Positions 27,370 to 36,553 of a stretch of 64,000 nucleotides of DNA are shown in pieces. The notes beneath the pieces were generated by a model. It did no database searches and was not told where the DNA came from. It saw only the letters and a program-made list of their open reading frames with translations. The translations under genes and the position numbers were made by a program. The number at the start of each line of letters is the position of its first letter. The first letter of the stretch is position 1. The DNA is from an uncultured Nitrososphaerota archaeon (lineage in GTDB: Archaea > Thermoproteota > EX4484-205 > JAAOZP01): positions 76,748 to 140,747 of the forward strand of contig CAYQCW010000002.1 of the NCBI GenBank assembly GCA_964416155.1. The letters are read 5' to 3'.

Positions 27370-28383
27370 ATGGGGGGAGCAAGGATAATTGGAGAAAGCA
27401 TGGGGAACGCCCCTTGGCAGGATAAGCCTAAGGGCTACGAGGGAGTCATCTGGAGGTATGATAAGAACCCTCTGACCAAGTGGAACCCTACTAGGAGCAC
27501 TGCCAGAGTTTTCAACAGCGCCGTAGTGCCCTTCAGAGGAAAGTTCGCAGGGGTTTTCAGGTCAGACCATAAGGATGGTAAGGCTAGGCTTCACGTTGGT
27601 TGGAGCGACGACGGCATCTCTTGGGATATTGAAGACGAAGTGATCGCGTGGAGGGATATGGAGGGAAGAATATACCAGCCTAACTACGCATACGACCCCA
27701 GGGTTGTTAAAATAGGGGACACGTATTACGTGACGTGGTGCACAGATTTCTACGGCCCCTCTATAGGAGTGGGCTTCACGAAGGATTTCGAAGAGTTCAC
27801 AAGGCTTGAGAACGCTTTCCTCCCTTTTAACAGGAATGGAGTCCTCTTTCCACGGAAAATCAACGGTAAGTACGTGATGCTTTCAAGACCGAGCGACGCT
27901 GGACACACTCCTTTTGGAGACATCTTCCTTAGTGAGAGCCCGGATATGGTGCACTGGGGCAGGCATAGGAGGGTCATGGGTAGAGGAGGCTCAGGCTGGT
28001 GGCAGGGGCTTAAAATAGGCGCCGGCCCCACACCTATTGAGACAACGGAAGGATGGCTTCTCTTCTACCACGGCGTGGTTCTAACGTGCAACGGCTATGT
28101 CTACAGCTGCGGTGCAGCAATACTGGATATAAACACGCCGTCAAAGGTTCTCTACAGGTGTAGAAACTATCTCCTGACGCCGGAGAAAGAATATGAGACA
28201 GTAGGCTTTGTTCCGAACGTGGTTTTCCCCTGTGCAGCCCTAACAGATGCTGAAACCGGGAGAATAGCTCTTTACTATGGTTCTGCAGACACATATGTTT
28301 CGTTGGCGTTCACGCATGTCGACGAGGTGGTGGACTACGTTAAAGAAAACGCGGAGCCTTTTCAGGAGGGAGAGGGAAGATGA
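27370..28383 (+). CDS. GH130 beta-mannoside/mannooligosaccharide phosphorylase
   Basis: FNSAVV, YDPRV, FNRNGVLFPRKI, KIGAGP, YHGV, VPNVVFP and YYGSAD. Confidence 0.93.
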   Translation: MGGARIIGESMGNAPWQDKPKGYEGVIWRYDKNPLTKWNPTRSTARVFNSAVVPFRGKFAGVFRSDHKDGKARLHVGWSDDGISWDIEDEVIAWRDMEGRIYQPNYAYDPRVVKIGDTYYVTWCTDFYGPSIGVGFTKDFEEFTRLENAFLPFNRNGVLFPRKINGKYVMLSRPSDAGHTPFGDIFLSESPDMVHWGRHRRVMGRGGSGWWQGLKIGAGPTPIETTEGWLLFYHGVVLTCNGYVYSCGAAILDINTPSKVLYRCRNYLLTPEKEYETVGFVPNVVFPCAALTDAETGRIALYYGSADTYVSLAFTHVDEVVDYVKENAEPFQEGEGR

Positions 28384-28605
28384 TTCCTCGAGAGACAGAT
28401 GCTTCAAGCCTTTTAGCGAAGCATAGATGTTAAATCCGCAACTTTCATCCTCCAGCATTATATATCAAGTTCTTTTTCCCTAACGATACTCCCTATTATT
28501 AGGGGTTCAAGAGCATGGTGAAGCTGCCCGTCTGAGTTTTGTTTCCCAATAAGCGGTCTCTACACCGACTTTTAAGATTTATTAATTGACGCTTTCTAAA
28601 TCCTG

Positions 28606-29058
28606 ATGATGTTTAAGAGGATTCTGGTTGCCACAGACGGTTCTCCTGCTTCAGACAAGGCTGTTGAAATAGTTTTGAAGATGAAGCTCCAGGATCCAGA
28701 GGTTGAGGTCTCAATACTACATGTTTCCGAGATGCTTTCGAAAACAGTGATTGGGCTTGATTTGGAATCTTCTTCAAGACCCATTGTTCTACCGGATTCA
28801 ACCAAGATGAACATGATCAGGGAGAAGGATGAGATACTGGAGAAAGCCAGAATGCTGGCTGAGGAAATGGGTGTTAAAGTGAGGCTTTTCAGCAGGATCG
28901 GTGACCCTGCTTCAGTCATTATTGAAGAAGCGGAGAAGGGGAACTATGATCTCGTCGTCATAGGGGGCGAGGGACTTGGGAAGTCTGGGCGTATTCTTGG
29001 AAGCGTTGCAAGCAGAGTCGTAAACCGGTTCAGAGGGTCTACACTAGTAGTTAGATGA
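28606..29058 (+). CDS. universal stress protein (UspA family)
   Basis: RILVATDGS, GDPASVI, DLVVIG and LGSVASRVV. Confidence 0.93.
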   Translation: MMFKRILVATDGSPASDKAVEIVLKMKLQDPEVEVSILHVSEMLSKTVIGLDLESSSRPIVLPDSTKMNMIREKDEILEKARMLAEEMGVKVRLFSRIGDPASVIIEEAEKGNYDLVVIGGEGLGKSGRILGSVASRVVNRFRGSTLVVR

Positions 29059-29145
29059 AACTAGAAAAGCCTATTAAGATTCAAACATTCCAGGGTCAAA
29101 TGCTTATTAAACAGTTATATTTGTCTCGCCTCGTCGAAAGCCCGG

Positions 29146-29830
29146 TTGGAGAAAATAAACTCTACATGCATATACTGCGTGGTCGGTTGCAGGCTAAACT
29201 ATGTTGTAGAAAACAATGCTGTCGTAAAAGTTGAGCCCGTTGAAGAGGATGCGGTAAGCGGGGGTTACCCTTGTCTCAGAGGTCTGACTGTTAGCGAAGT
29301 TATCAGCAAAAAACAAGGTTTTAAGGCATTTGATAAGGGAAAATAAGGATGTGATGTTGAGAAAGTTTACAGGGGTGAAGACGATTGGAGAGCGAAGAAA
29401 CCTGTTTTCACGAGATACGTTCCAGTGCATTACGAGTGTGTGGACTATCCCGTAAGCAAGAGACACCCTTATATTCTGGTCGGCGTTAGAACGCCTTTCC
29501 TGTTTCTCCGCAACGAGCTCACATCCCTATCTGAAACCCTGATGAAGGTGAATAAGAAGAATATTGAAGCATGCTACATGAATCCTGAGGATTAAGAGGG
29601 AAAGGGTTTCAGACGGCGAGACGATAATCCTTTCAAGTCCATGCGGCAGCCTTAAAGTCAAGGTTAAGGCGGACATCACAGTTATAAGTGGAACGATAAA
29701 GATGCATATTCACTCTGAGAAAACGCCTGTGAACAAGCTTGTCCCGTTAAACTATACTTTCAACACGTTTACTCCAAACTACAAGTCGGTGGCCGTCGGT
29801 GTGAGAAAGGATTCCTCGCGAAGCCTTTAA
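29146..29830 (+). pseudogene. molybdopterin oxidoreductase (formate dehydrogenase alpha-like) remnant with large internal deletion
   Basis: N-terminal STCIYCVVGC...PCLRG Fe-S motif, then only C-terminal molydop-binding fragments (HPYILVGVR, MNPED*, DGETIILSSPCG, VNKL, TPNYKSVAV) within ~680 bp. Confidence 0.8.
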
Positions 29831-30702
29831 TACTGGCCTAAGGCTCCTTCCCTTCTAGTCGAATCGTAAGCCTTTTTGAAGACCCATAGTGAAAAAGGTA
29901 ACACTATTATTATGAAGAGTATAAGCTTTAAAGTGTTCTCCATTATCATGGGGCTGTCGAACCCCTCACCGTTCATCAAACACCTTCTCAATCCGTCTAG
30001 AGAGTACGTCAACGGAAACGCGTTTCCAATCCATTTAAGCCAGCCAGGCATCAAACCCAGAGGGTAGAGGACTCCTGAGAAAAGCTGGGTTAACCATGAG
30101 AAAGCCCAGACTATAGGATCACCTTGCTTAAGCTTTAGTATCATTGCAGCCCCGAGAATCCCGATAACCATGTGGCTCGCCACCAGCAGGATGGTTAAGA
30201 CGAATGCGGCGAGAATAGATCCAGGGTTTAAGACAAGCCTTATTCCCAAGAGCATCCCCATGCCGAGTGAAGCAAGCAGGAAGTAGGAGCCTATTATGAA
30301 CCTGAAAGCAGACTCTCCTAGTAGAAAAACCCTGAAGCTTGTGGTTGAAGAAAGTATGGTCTCCATAGTGCCGTTCCACTGCTCCTCCCTTATCGCGTCT
30401 GAAAGACTTGAGACAGAGGTGAAAACGTAATGCTGCACAGATATGCCTATGACTGAGAAAGTCAGGAAGTCTGCAGCATACCCTGCTTCAATCAACGCTT
30501 GTGGAGTAATAATCATCGATACGAAGTAGTATGTTGCCACAAAGGTCAGTGAGCTTAAAATATCCAGCGTTATCCAAAGCTTATACGTCCACCAGATTTT
30601 AAAATCCCGAATTATGAAAGCAACAGCTTTCTCAATGGGCCCAACCCTTCCCCGCGGAATGTTTTCCATCATGTATTTAACAATATCTTCAACCTTCACC
30701 AT
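29827..30702 (-). CDS. ABC-2 type permease
   Basis: EQWNGTMETIL, FSGVLYP and PLTYSLDGLR; ~6 TM segments. Confidence 0.92.
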   Translation of the reverse strand: MVKVEDIVKYMMENIPRGRVGPIEKAVAFIIRDFKIWWTYKLWITLDILSSLTFVATYYFVSMIITPQALIEAGYAADFLTFSVIGISVQHYVFTSVSSLSDAIREEQWNGTMETILSSTTSFRVFLLGESAFRFIIGSYFLLASLGMGMLLGIRLVLNPGSILAAFVLTILLVASHMVIGILGAAMILKLKQGDPIVWAFSWLTQLFSGVLYPLGLMPGWLKWIGNAFPLTYSLDGLRRCLMNGEGFDSPMIMENTLKLILFIIIVLPFSLWVFKKAYDSTRREGALGQY

Positions 30703-30709
30703 TAACCAC

Positions 30710-31588
30710 CTAGTAGGATGAAGTGGTTCCCTCTCTTCTTATTCTATCGTACCCCCATCCCAGCATCTTTAAACCTAATGGGACAAGTATAACGCTGAAA
30801 ACAGTCAGAACCACAATGTCGGTTAACACGTTAAAGTCGAATACTGAGGCGCCGAGAATCAGAACCCGCCTCATACCGTCTAAAGCATATGTGTATGGAA
30901 AGAGCATCGATAGAAACTGTACAGCTGGAAACGGTTTAAGCAATTCCAGTGGATACAGGACACCGGCGAGAAACTCGTTGACGGCCGCAAGTACGAAGAC
31001 AAGTGGATCCCCCCTCTTGTAAACCATTATTATTCCTGCAGATATCAATCCTATAGCTTGATTTGAAATAAGCATTAACATGAAAATGATTATGAACACT
31101 AATAGCGACTGGGGAGTAAACAGGAGTTTCGCACCAAGCCCATACACTCCAACGATAAAAACTCCAAGCAGGTAGATGAGGCTAACCAGGTATCCGCGTG
31201 CCGTCAAGCCTATGAAGAACATGAGCATGTCAATCGGCGTTACCGCGATTGTTTCAAGAGTTCCCCCTCTTATTTCATGTTGGATCGAATGGCTCAGCCT
31301 CGTTAAGCACGCCCAAAGATAGTTCGAGGTTGCGACTCCAACCAGGGAAAAGGCGAGGTAACTAGTTCCCCAGCCGCTTCGCGAAAGCTGGAGCGGGTCA
31401 ACCTGTAGGCCGACGAAGTAATACATGACTACGGATGCGAGGGTGCTTAACAGGTCCATTATGAGCCAAGACTTATAGGCGAGCATCATCTTAAGCTGGG
31501 CCCAAACCACTGCGAACAGCTGTCTTAAACTAGACTTACTCCGCTTCTCCTCAATCATGAACAGCCTGAGGATTTCAGGCTGATTCAT
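30710..31588 (-). CDS. ABC-2 type permease (paralog)
   Basis: EIRGGTLETI, LAGVLYP and PYTYALDGMR; RBS-like GGTGAGGAG upstream. Confidence 0.92.
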   Translation of the reverse strand: MNQPEILRLFMIEEKRSKSSLRQLFAVVWAQLKMMLAYKSWLIMDLLSTLASVVMYYFVGLQVDPLQLSRSGWGTSYLAFSLVGVATSNYLWACLTRLSHSIQHEIRGGTLETIAVTPIDMLMFFIGLTARGYLVSLIYLLGVFIVGVYGLGAKLLFTPQSLLVFIIIFMLMLISNQAIGLISAGIIMVYKRGDPLVFVLAAVNEFLAGVLYPLELLKPFPAVQFLSMLFPYTYALDGMRRVLILGASVFDFNVLTDIVVLTVFSVILVPLGLKMLGWGYDRIRREGTTSSY

Positions 31589-32561
31589 GCTCCTCACCGG
31601 TCAGGTTTAAGAATACTTCTTCAAGACTTGGAAGAGCGATTTGAACTCCTATAGTTCTCAACCCGTTGGCGCCGAACGCCTTAGGAATCTCTGACAACGC
31701 CTGCTCCTCGTCTTTAACCTCAGCCCTTATAACAGTGTAGTCTTCCTCGGGCTGAACACTTATAATCCTCCTCACGAATCCTAGCCCCTCTAGGATCCTA
31801 ACCGCCTCATCGGAGGAGCCGCGGAACCTTATTTCAACACCCCTATACTTCCTCGTTATTTCGCTCAGCCGGAGCGGCGTGTCAACCGCAATAACCTTTC
31901 CCTTGCTCATCACAGCGATCCTGTCGCAAAGCCTTTCAGCCTCAAAAATATTGTGGGTTGTGAAAACTATGGTTTTACGAAGTACCTTGCAAAGAGCCTG
32001 AAGCAGCCTACGCGTCTCTATTGCTCCAGTAGCGTCAAGCCCAACAGTCGGCTCATCCATCAGCAGTATTGGCGCGTTTGAAAGAAGCGTCCTAGCCAGC
32101 ATTACCCTCATCTTCATGCCTGTGGAGAAATCCTTCACGAGTCTGTCAGCATCCTTGTCTAACTCAAAGAACTCGAGCAGGGCATCTATTCTTTTTCTAG
32201 CTACGTCTGTAGGAATATTCTGAAGATAAGCGTAGAACCTTAGGTTATCTCTTGCTGAAAGCCTCCAGTAGAGAGCTCTCCCACCCGTTTCCCCGTGTAA
32301 CCAGCCTATGCGTTCCCTAACCTTCTCAGCATCCTTGACGACGTTGAAACCAGCCACTCTCGCAGTGCCCTCGTCAGGAATCACCAGTGTGCAAAGAATT
32401 TTTATCAGAGTCGTTTTACCAGCACCGTTTGGCCCTAAGAGGCCGAAAAACTCACCCTCCCTGATGGAAAGGTTTACATGGTCGACTGCCACAATCCTCT
32501 CCTTCCCACCGTCTCCTTTGAAATACTTAGTCAGATTTTCAGTCTCAACCGCTGTATTCAA
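31575..32561 (-). CDS. ABC-2 type ATP-binding subunit
   Basis: GPNGAGKTT, FSTGM, LMDEPT and TTH; C-terminal SLEEVF; ORF track extends to 32609. Confidence 0.93.
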   Translation of the reverse strand: MNTAVETENLTKYFKGDGGKERIVAVDHVNLSIREGEFFGLLGPNGAGKTTLIKILCTLVIPDEGTARVAGFNVVKDAEKVRERIGWLHGETGGRALYWRLSARDNLRFYAYLQNIPTDVARKRIDALLEFFELDKDADRLVKDFSTGMKMRVMLARTLLSNAPILLMDEPTVGLDATGAIETRRLLQALCKVLRKTIVFTTHNIFEAERLCDRIAVMSKGKVIAVDTPLRLSEITRKYRGVEIRFRGSSDEAVRILEGLGFVRRIISVQPEEDYTVIRAEVKDEEQALSEIPKAFGANGLRTIGVQIALPSLEEVFLNLTGEEHESA

Positions 32562-32983
32562 GGTGAATAGCCCTTGCCGTTTTTGCTTAAACCCTTTTAT
32601 TATGCTCATTAAAAAACTTTTAGAGTATTACCTCAACACTAACATTTTTTATTACTAGAAGCATGGTGATAAGATAGATTGAACATGACCGCGAAACTTA
32701 ATAGTCATAAAGGCTATGTGATAAGGGTGTAGGTGAGCTGACGTTACGAATCATTGTTCGATTTAGACATATTTAGTTTTTTTAATTATAAATCTTTTTT
32801 TCTCTCATCGACTTACATTCATCCATCATATGTATGTAGCAGTTAAAACAGACAGGAAACGAGAAAGCAGTTGCGAGAAACCGGTTAAATATTATTCTAA
32901 ACTGTGCATATTTTTCGAAAAACTTTAACATATAAACCTAGCCTTCGAGTGGAACAAATATACGGGGGCCGATAAACTATAAT

Positions 32984-33010
32984 GAACTATTCTGAATTGT
33001 TCTGAACTAT
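32984..33010. promoter_or_regulatory. imperfect inverted/direct repeat, candidate operator in an AT-rich divergent intergenic region
   Basis: GAACTATTC-T-GAATTGTTC palindrome overlapping two copies of TGAACTAT, upstream of a TTTATAAG box. Confidence 0.35.
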
Positions 33011-33088
33011 ATAAGAACGTGTATGTAAAAAAGTGAAAGAAAGAATAATTGGAAAATTTATAAGAAAGGTCTACCATATCTAACTGCC

Positions 33089-33703
33089 ATGGTGGAAAGA
33101 GAGCGGGAAGCCGAAGACGAGAAAACCGATTTCGATAAAATCATAGCACGCTACAGGATGGCCGTTTCTAAACGGGATGTAAAGGATGTGGAGAAGAAGC
33201 CGTTACCAGCAGTTGATAAAAACACCCCTATAGAAATGCCCGTTAAGAAAGAGGAGCCAGTATTAACTATTTCAAAGCCTACTCAGAAAGACATCACTAT
33301 AAGCGAGGAAACTGAGAAAATACTGGATGAGAAAGTCTTCGAATGGGTTAAAGTTGTGGAAAGCGCCATACAAAACTGCATCTCGCAATCCAAGGGATCG
33401 ATAAGCTCAATAAGCGTCCTGCTGCCTGACGGTGTCACGTGTTTAAGCTTCGGCTCACGCATCGACATGGATGAAGACATTTTAGCTGCTTTCATAGGCG
33501 AGCAGTTCGAACTGTTCGAAAGCTACGGTAGTGTTCTGAAGATAGGGGAAATAGAGGAAATCGAGTATACTGGGAAGAATAGTGTTATCCTGATGAAATC
33601 AAGCGGTGGCTTGAGGCTGATGGCTCTGTTGAACGATAGGCGTTACGTTAGACTGGCAAAGATATATTTGGAGAGAATGCTGAAAAGCATTCCCAGGCTA
33701 TAG
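33089..33703 (+). CDS. Roadblock/LC7 (MglB/LAMTOR2-like) domain protein with charged N-terminal extension
   Basis: ISVLLPDG...DEDILAAF...LKIGEIEEIEYTG...ILM...LMAL...LAKIYL roadblock pattern. Confidence 0.75.
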   Translation: MVEREREAEDEKTDFDKIIARYRMAVSKRDVKDVEKKPLPAVDKNTPIEMPVKKEEPVLTISKPTQKDITISEETEKILDEKVFEWVKVVESAIQNCISQSKGSISSISVLLPDGVTCLSFGSRIDMDEDILAAFIGEQFELFESYGSVLKIGEIEEIEYTGKNSVILMKSSGGLRLMALLNDRRYVRLAKIYLERMLKSIPRL

Positions 33704-33713
33704 TAAGAAAGGC

Positions 33714-34913
33714 TCAGAACCCCGCTATCTCGTTAAAAGCTTTGCCCATTATTCTCAACCCGTTCCTTATGTTTTCAACAGAGTTAGCATAGCTTATCCT
33801 AACGTAGCCTTCTCCGAAAGAACCCATGGCTGACCCGTGCAACACTGCAACCCCATATTTTTCAAGCAGAATAGAGGCGAGTTTCAAACTGTTAATCTTA
33901 GCCCTATCGATTATTTCTTTAACGTTGATAAACCCGTAGAAGGCTCCTCTAGGCCTAACCATGTGAACACCCCTAATTTTAGAAACCTCTTCAATAACAA
34001 CCTCCCTCCTAATAGCATACTGTTCAACCATTTCTCGGACAGCATTAGAACCGTTTCTCAAAGCCTCTATGCCCCCTATCTGGATGAAAGAAGGCGGGCA
34101 TGCTGTTACCAAGTTTAAAACAAGCTGAACGGGCCCCGTTAAATGCTCAGGTGTAATCACATAACCCAGCCTCCACCCTGTCATAGCATAGTATTTCGAG
34201 AAGCCGTCTACCACTATAGTGTTCTCCAGATTCTCGTCAAACTGGATTGGCGAATAGTGTTTCAAACCATCGTATATTATGTATCTGTAGACCTCGTCGC
34301 TAATAACGTATGCCCCCCTATCCCTCGCTATTTCAACGATACCTTTAACTTCGTCCCTGCTTAAAACCGCCCCTGTAGGATTCTCGGGGGAATTTATGAT
34401 TATTGCTTTAGTCTTGTCTGAAACCAGCCGGTTAACCTCGTCTGGAGTCATTCTAAACTCGTTCTCCTCCCTGAGCCTGACTGGTACTGGTCTCCCCCCA
34501 AAGAATCTCACCCCATTCTCGTAAGCCGGGTAACCCGGGTTCGGACAGATAACCTTGTCCCCCTCCTCCACTATTGAGGCTAAAGCTGCGAAAATAGCCT
34601 CCTTGGAGCCTAGCGTTACTGAAACGTTTTCGAAACATGTTTCAACGCCAAAATCCTGAGCAGTCTTCTCAGCTATCGCTTTCCTCAGCTCCAGCATGCC
34701 GGGGGTAGGGGTGTAATGGGTTTCTCCGTCTTTCAACGCCTTTATCGCAGCCTCCCTTATATTCGCCGGCGTGATGAAATCAGGCTCACCAATCTCGAGG
34801 TGGATTATCCTTCTTCCCTGTGTTTCAAGCATCTTCGCTTTACCCAGCACTAGGAAGGAGCTCTCGCCCTCAATGTTTAGCGCTCTGCAAGCAGCCTTAA
34901 GCCTAGGGTTCAA
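33714..34913 (-). CDS. class I/II PLP-dependent aminotransferase (AspAT-like)
   Basis: IGEPDF, NSPENPTG, SDEVY, FSKYYAMTGWRLG and GAFY. Confidence 0.95.
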   Translation of the reverse strand: MNPRLKAACRALNIEGESSFLVLGKAKMLETQGRRIIHLEIGEPDFITPANIREAAIKALKDGETHYTPTPGMLELRKAIAEKTAQDFGVETCFENVSVTLGSKEAIFAALASIVEEGDKVICPNPGYPAYENGVRFFGGRPVPVRLREENEFRMTPDEVNRLVSDKTKAIIINSPENPTGAVLSRDEVKGIVEIARDRGAYVISDEVYRYIIYDGLKHYSPIQFDENLENTIVVDGFSKYYAMTGWRLGYVITPEHLTGPVQLVLNLVTACPPSFIQIGGIEALRNGSNAVREMVEQYAIRREVVIEEVSKIRGVHMVRPRGAFYGFINVKEIIDRAKINSLKLASILLEKYGVAVLHGSAMGSFGEGYVRISYANSVENIRNGLRIMGKAFNEIAGF

Positions 34914-35162
34914 CTTAACGCCCTAATCTCAAGCAAGGACTATTTCAACTTTTTTGGGTTTCAAAGAGGAAGTATACTGTGATTATATAGGGAGGAGCAT
35001 ATTGCAAGCCGGCACCCTTTTGATCAAGCGGAAAAGCGCGATTCTCAGGCTTGGGTAAAGGGATTGTCGTCAGCTGTTGAGGCACCGTGCCTTGGAGCAG
35101 GTTCAGTAAAGGCTTGACACGGCGAAAAACTTATCCGCCTCCAAACTAACCTCTGTTGAAAA

Positions 35163-35471
35163 ATGGTGGTTGTAGTAGAGTTCAGCATAGTCCCGGTTGG
35201 AGAGGGAACAAGCCTTTCAAGAATCCTTGCCCACGCGATAAAGGAGCTTGAAAACACTGGAGTCAAATATGAGCTGACCCCCATGTGCACTGTTTTCGAG
35301 GCCCGGAGCGTCGAGGAGGCTTTGAAAGCAGTCAGGATTGCGCATGAGTCTGTTTTCAAACATGGTGTTAAACGCGCCGTAACAATCGTCAAAATAGACG
35401 ATAGGCGTGACGTGGAGAGGAGTATGAAGGATAAAGTCGAGTCTTTGAAAAGAGCTGTTGGAAGCGTTTAA
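35163..35471 (+). CDS. MTH1187/DUF77 thiamine-binding family protein
   Basis: FSIVPVGEGTSLS, YELTPMCTVFE, KIDDRRD and KVESL. Confidence 0.9.
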   Translation: MVVVVEFSIVPVGEGTSLSRILAHAIKELENTGVKYELTPMCTVFEARSVEEALKAVRIAHESVFKHGVKRAVTIVKIDDRRDVERSMKDKVESLKRAVGSV

Positions 35472-35521
35472 CACAGTTTGGTGGGAAAGCTTTTTATTTT
35501 AAACCGGTTAACTGTAGGAGC

Positions 35522-36511
35522 ATGGGCAGCTTGCCCCTAGTACTGGGATCAAAGCCAGCAGGCGAGACATATGATGTTATAATCATAGGCTCAGGACCAG
35601 CCGGTTTAACTGCAGCAATATACACTGGGAGGGCAAGGTTGAAAACACTCGTCATCGCAGGCTCCTCGTGGGGCGGCCAGTTAATGTTGACCTCTCAGGT
35701 GGAAAATTACCCGGGTTTCCCTGAGGGGATACTTGGGCCAGACCTTATGAATAACATGTTGAAGCAGGCTCAGCGATTCGGAGCTGAGATAGTTTTTGAA
35801 GACGCGGAGAGTATAGATTTCTCTGAGAGACCTTTCAAAGTAGTGGCTGGCGGGGTTGCTTACGAGAGTCATGCAGTGATAATCGCTACGGGAGCTTCTC
35901 CCAAGGAGCTTGGCGTAGAGGGTGAAGAAAGATTGAGGGGAAAAGGCGTTTCAAACTGCGCTGTTTGCGACGGGGCTTTCTTCAAAGACAGAACTGTGGT
36001 GGTTGTTGGGGGCGGCGACTCGGCGATGGAGGAAGCGCTCTTCTTAACCAGGTTCGTGAAGAAAGTTAAGGTTATTCATAGGAGGAGTGAGCTTAGGGCA
36101 ACAAAGATACTACAGGAAAGAGCATTCAGTAACCCTAAGGTAGAATTTGTATGGAACAGCGTGGTGGAGGAGATTTTGGGAAGGGAACGTGTGGAAGGAG
36201 TAAGGGTGAAAAGGGTTGACACTGGAGAGAAGTTTGAAATCCCGTGCGACGGGGTTTTCGTGTCGATAGGATATAGGCCTAACACCGAACTTTTTAAGGG
36301 GCGGGTGGAGGTGGATGAGAAGGGCTACATAGTTGCCACAGATTTTACGAAGACTAGTGTTGAAGGAGTTTTCGTAGCCGGCGAGGCTAAGGATCATCGT
36401 TACCGTCAAGCTATTACTGCAGCAGGCGAAGGATGTCAAGCAGCCCTAGATGCGATAAAATACTTGGACGAGGTTAAAAAGAAACCAATGAACACGAGCC
36501 CTCCCGTATAG
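35522..36511 (+). CDS. trxB: thioredoxin-disulfide reductase
   Basis: IGSGPAG, VENYPG, CAVCDG active site, GGGDSA, HRR and RQAITAAGEG. Confidence 0.96.
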   Translation: MGSLPLVLGSKPAGETYDVIIIGSGPAGLTAAIYTGRARLKTLVIAGSSWGGQLMLTSQVENYPGFPEGILGPDLMNNMLKQAQRFGAEIVFEDAESIDFSERPFKVVAGGVAYESHAVIIATGASPKELGVEGEERLRGKGVSNCAVCDGAFFKDRTVVVVGGGDSAMEEALFLTRFVKKVKVIHRRSELRATKILQERAFSNPKVEFVWNSVVEEILGRERVEGVRVKRVDTGEKFEIPCDGVFVSIGYRPNTELFKGRVEVDEKGYIVATDFTKTSVEGVFVAGEAKDHRYRQAITAAGEGCQAALDAIKYLDEVKKKPMNTSPPV

Positions 36512-36553
36512 AAAAGGGAAAAGTTTAAGCTCGACGCTTCCCATTCTTTTAAC

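Noticed and set aside
28384-28600. Possible minus-strand gene remnant or ncRNA between GH130 and usp
   Set aside because: No recognisable motif or stable structure
34985-35120. CAAGCCGGCACC 12-mer shared with 21762-21773, plus short hairpins
   Set aside because: A single 12-bp match is expected by chance in 64 kb and does not extend
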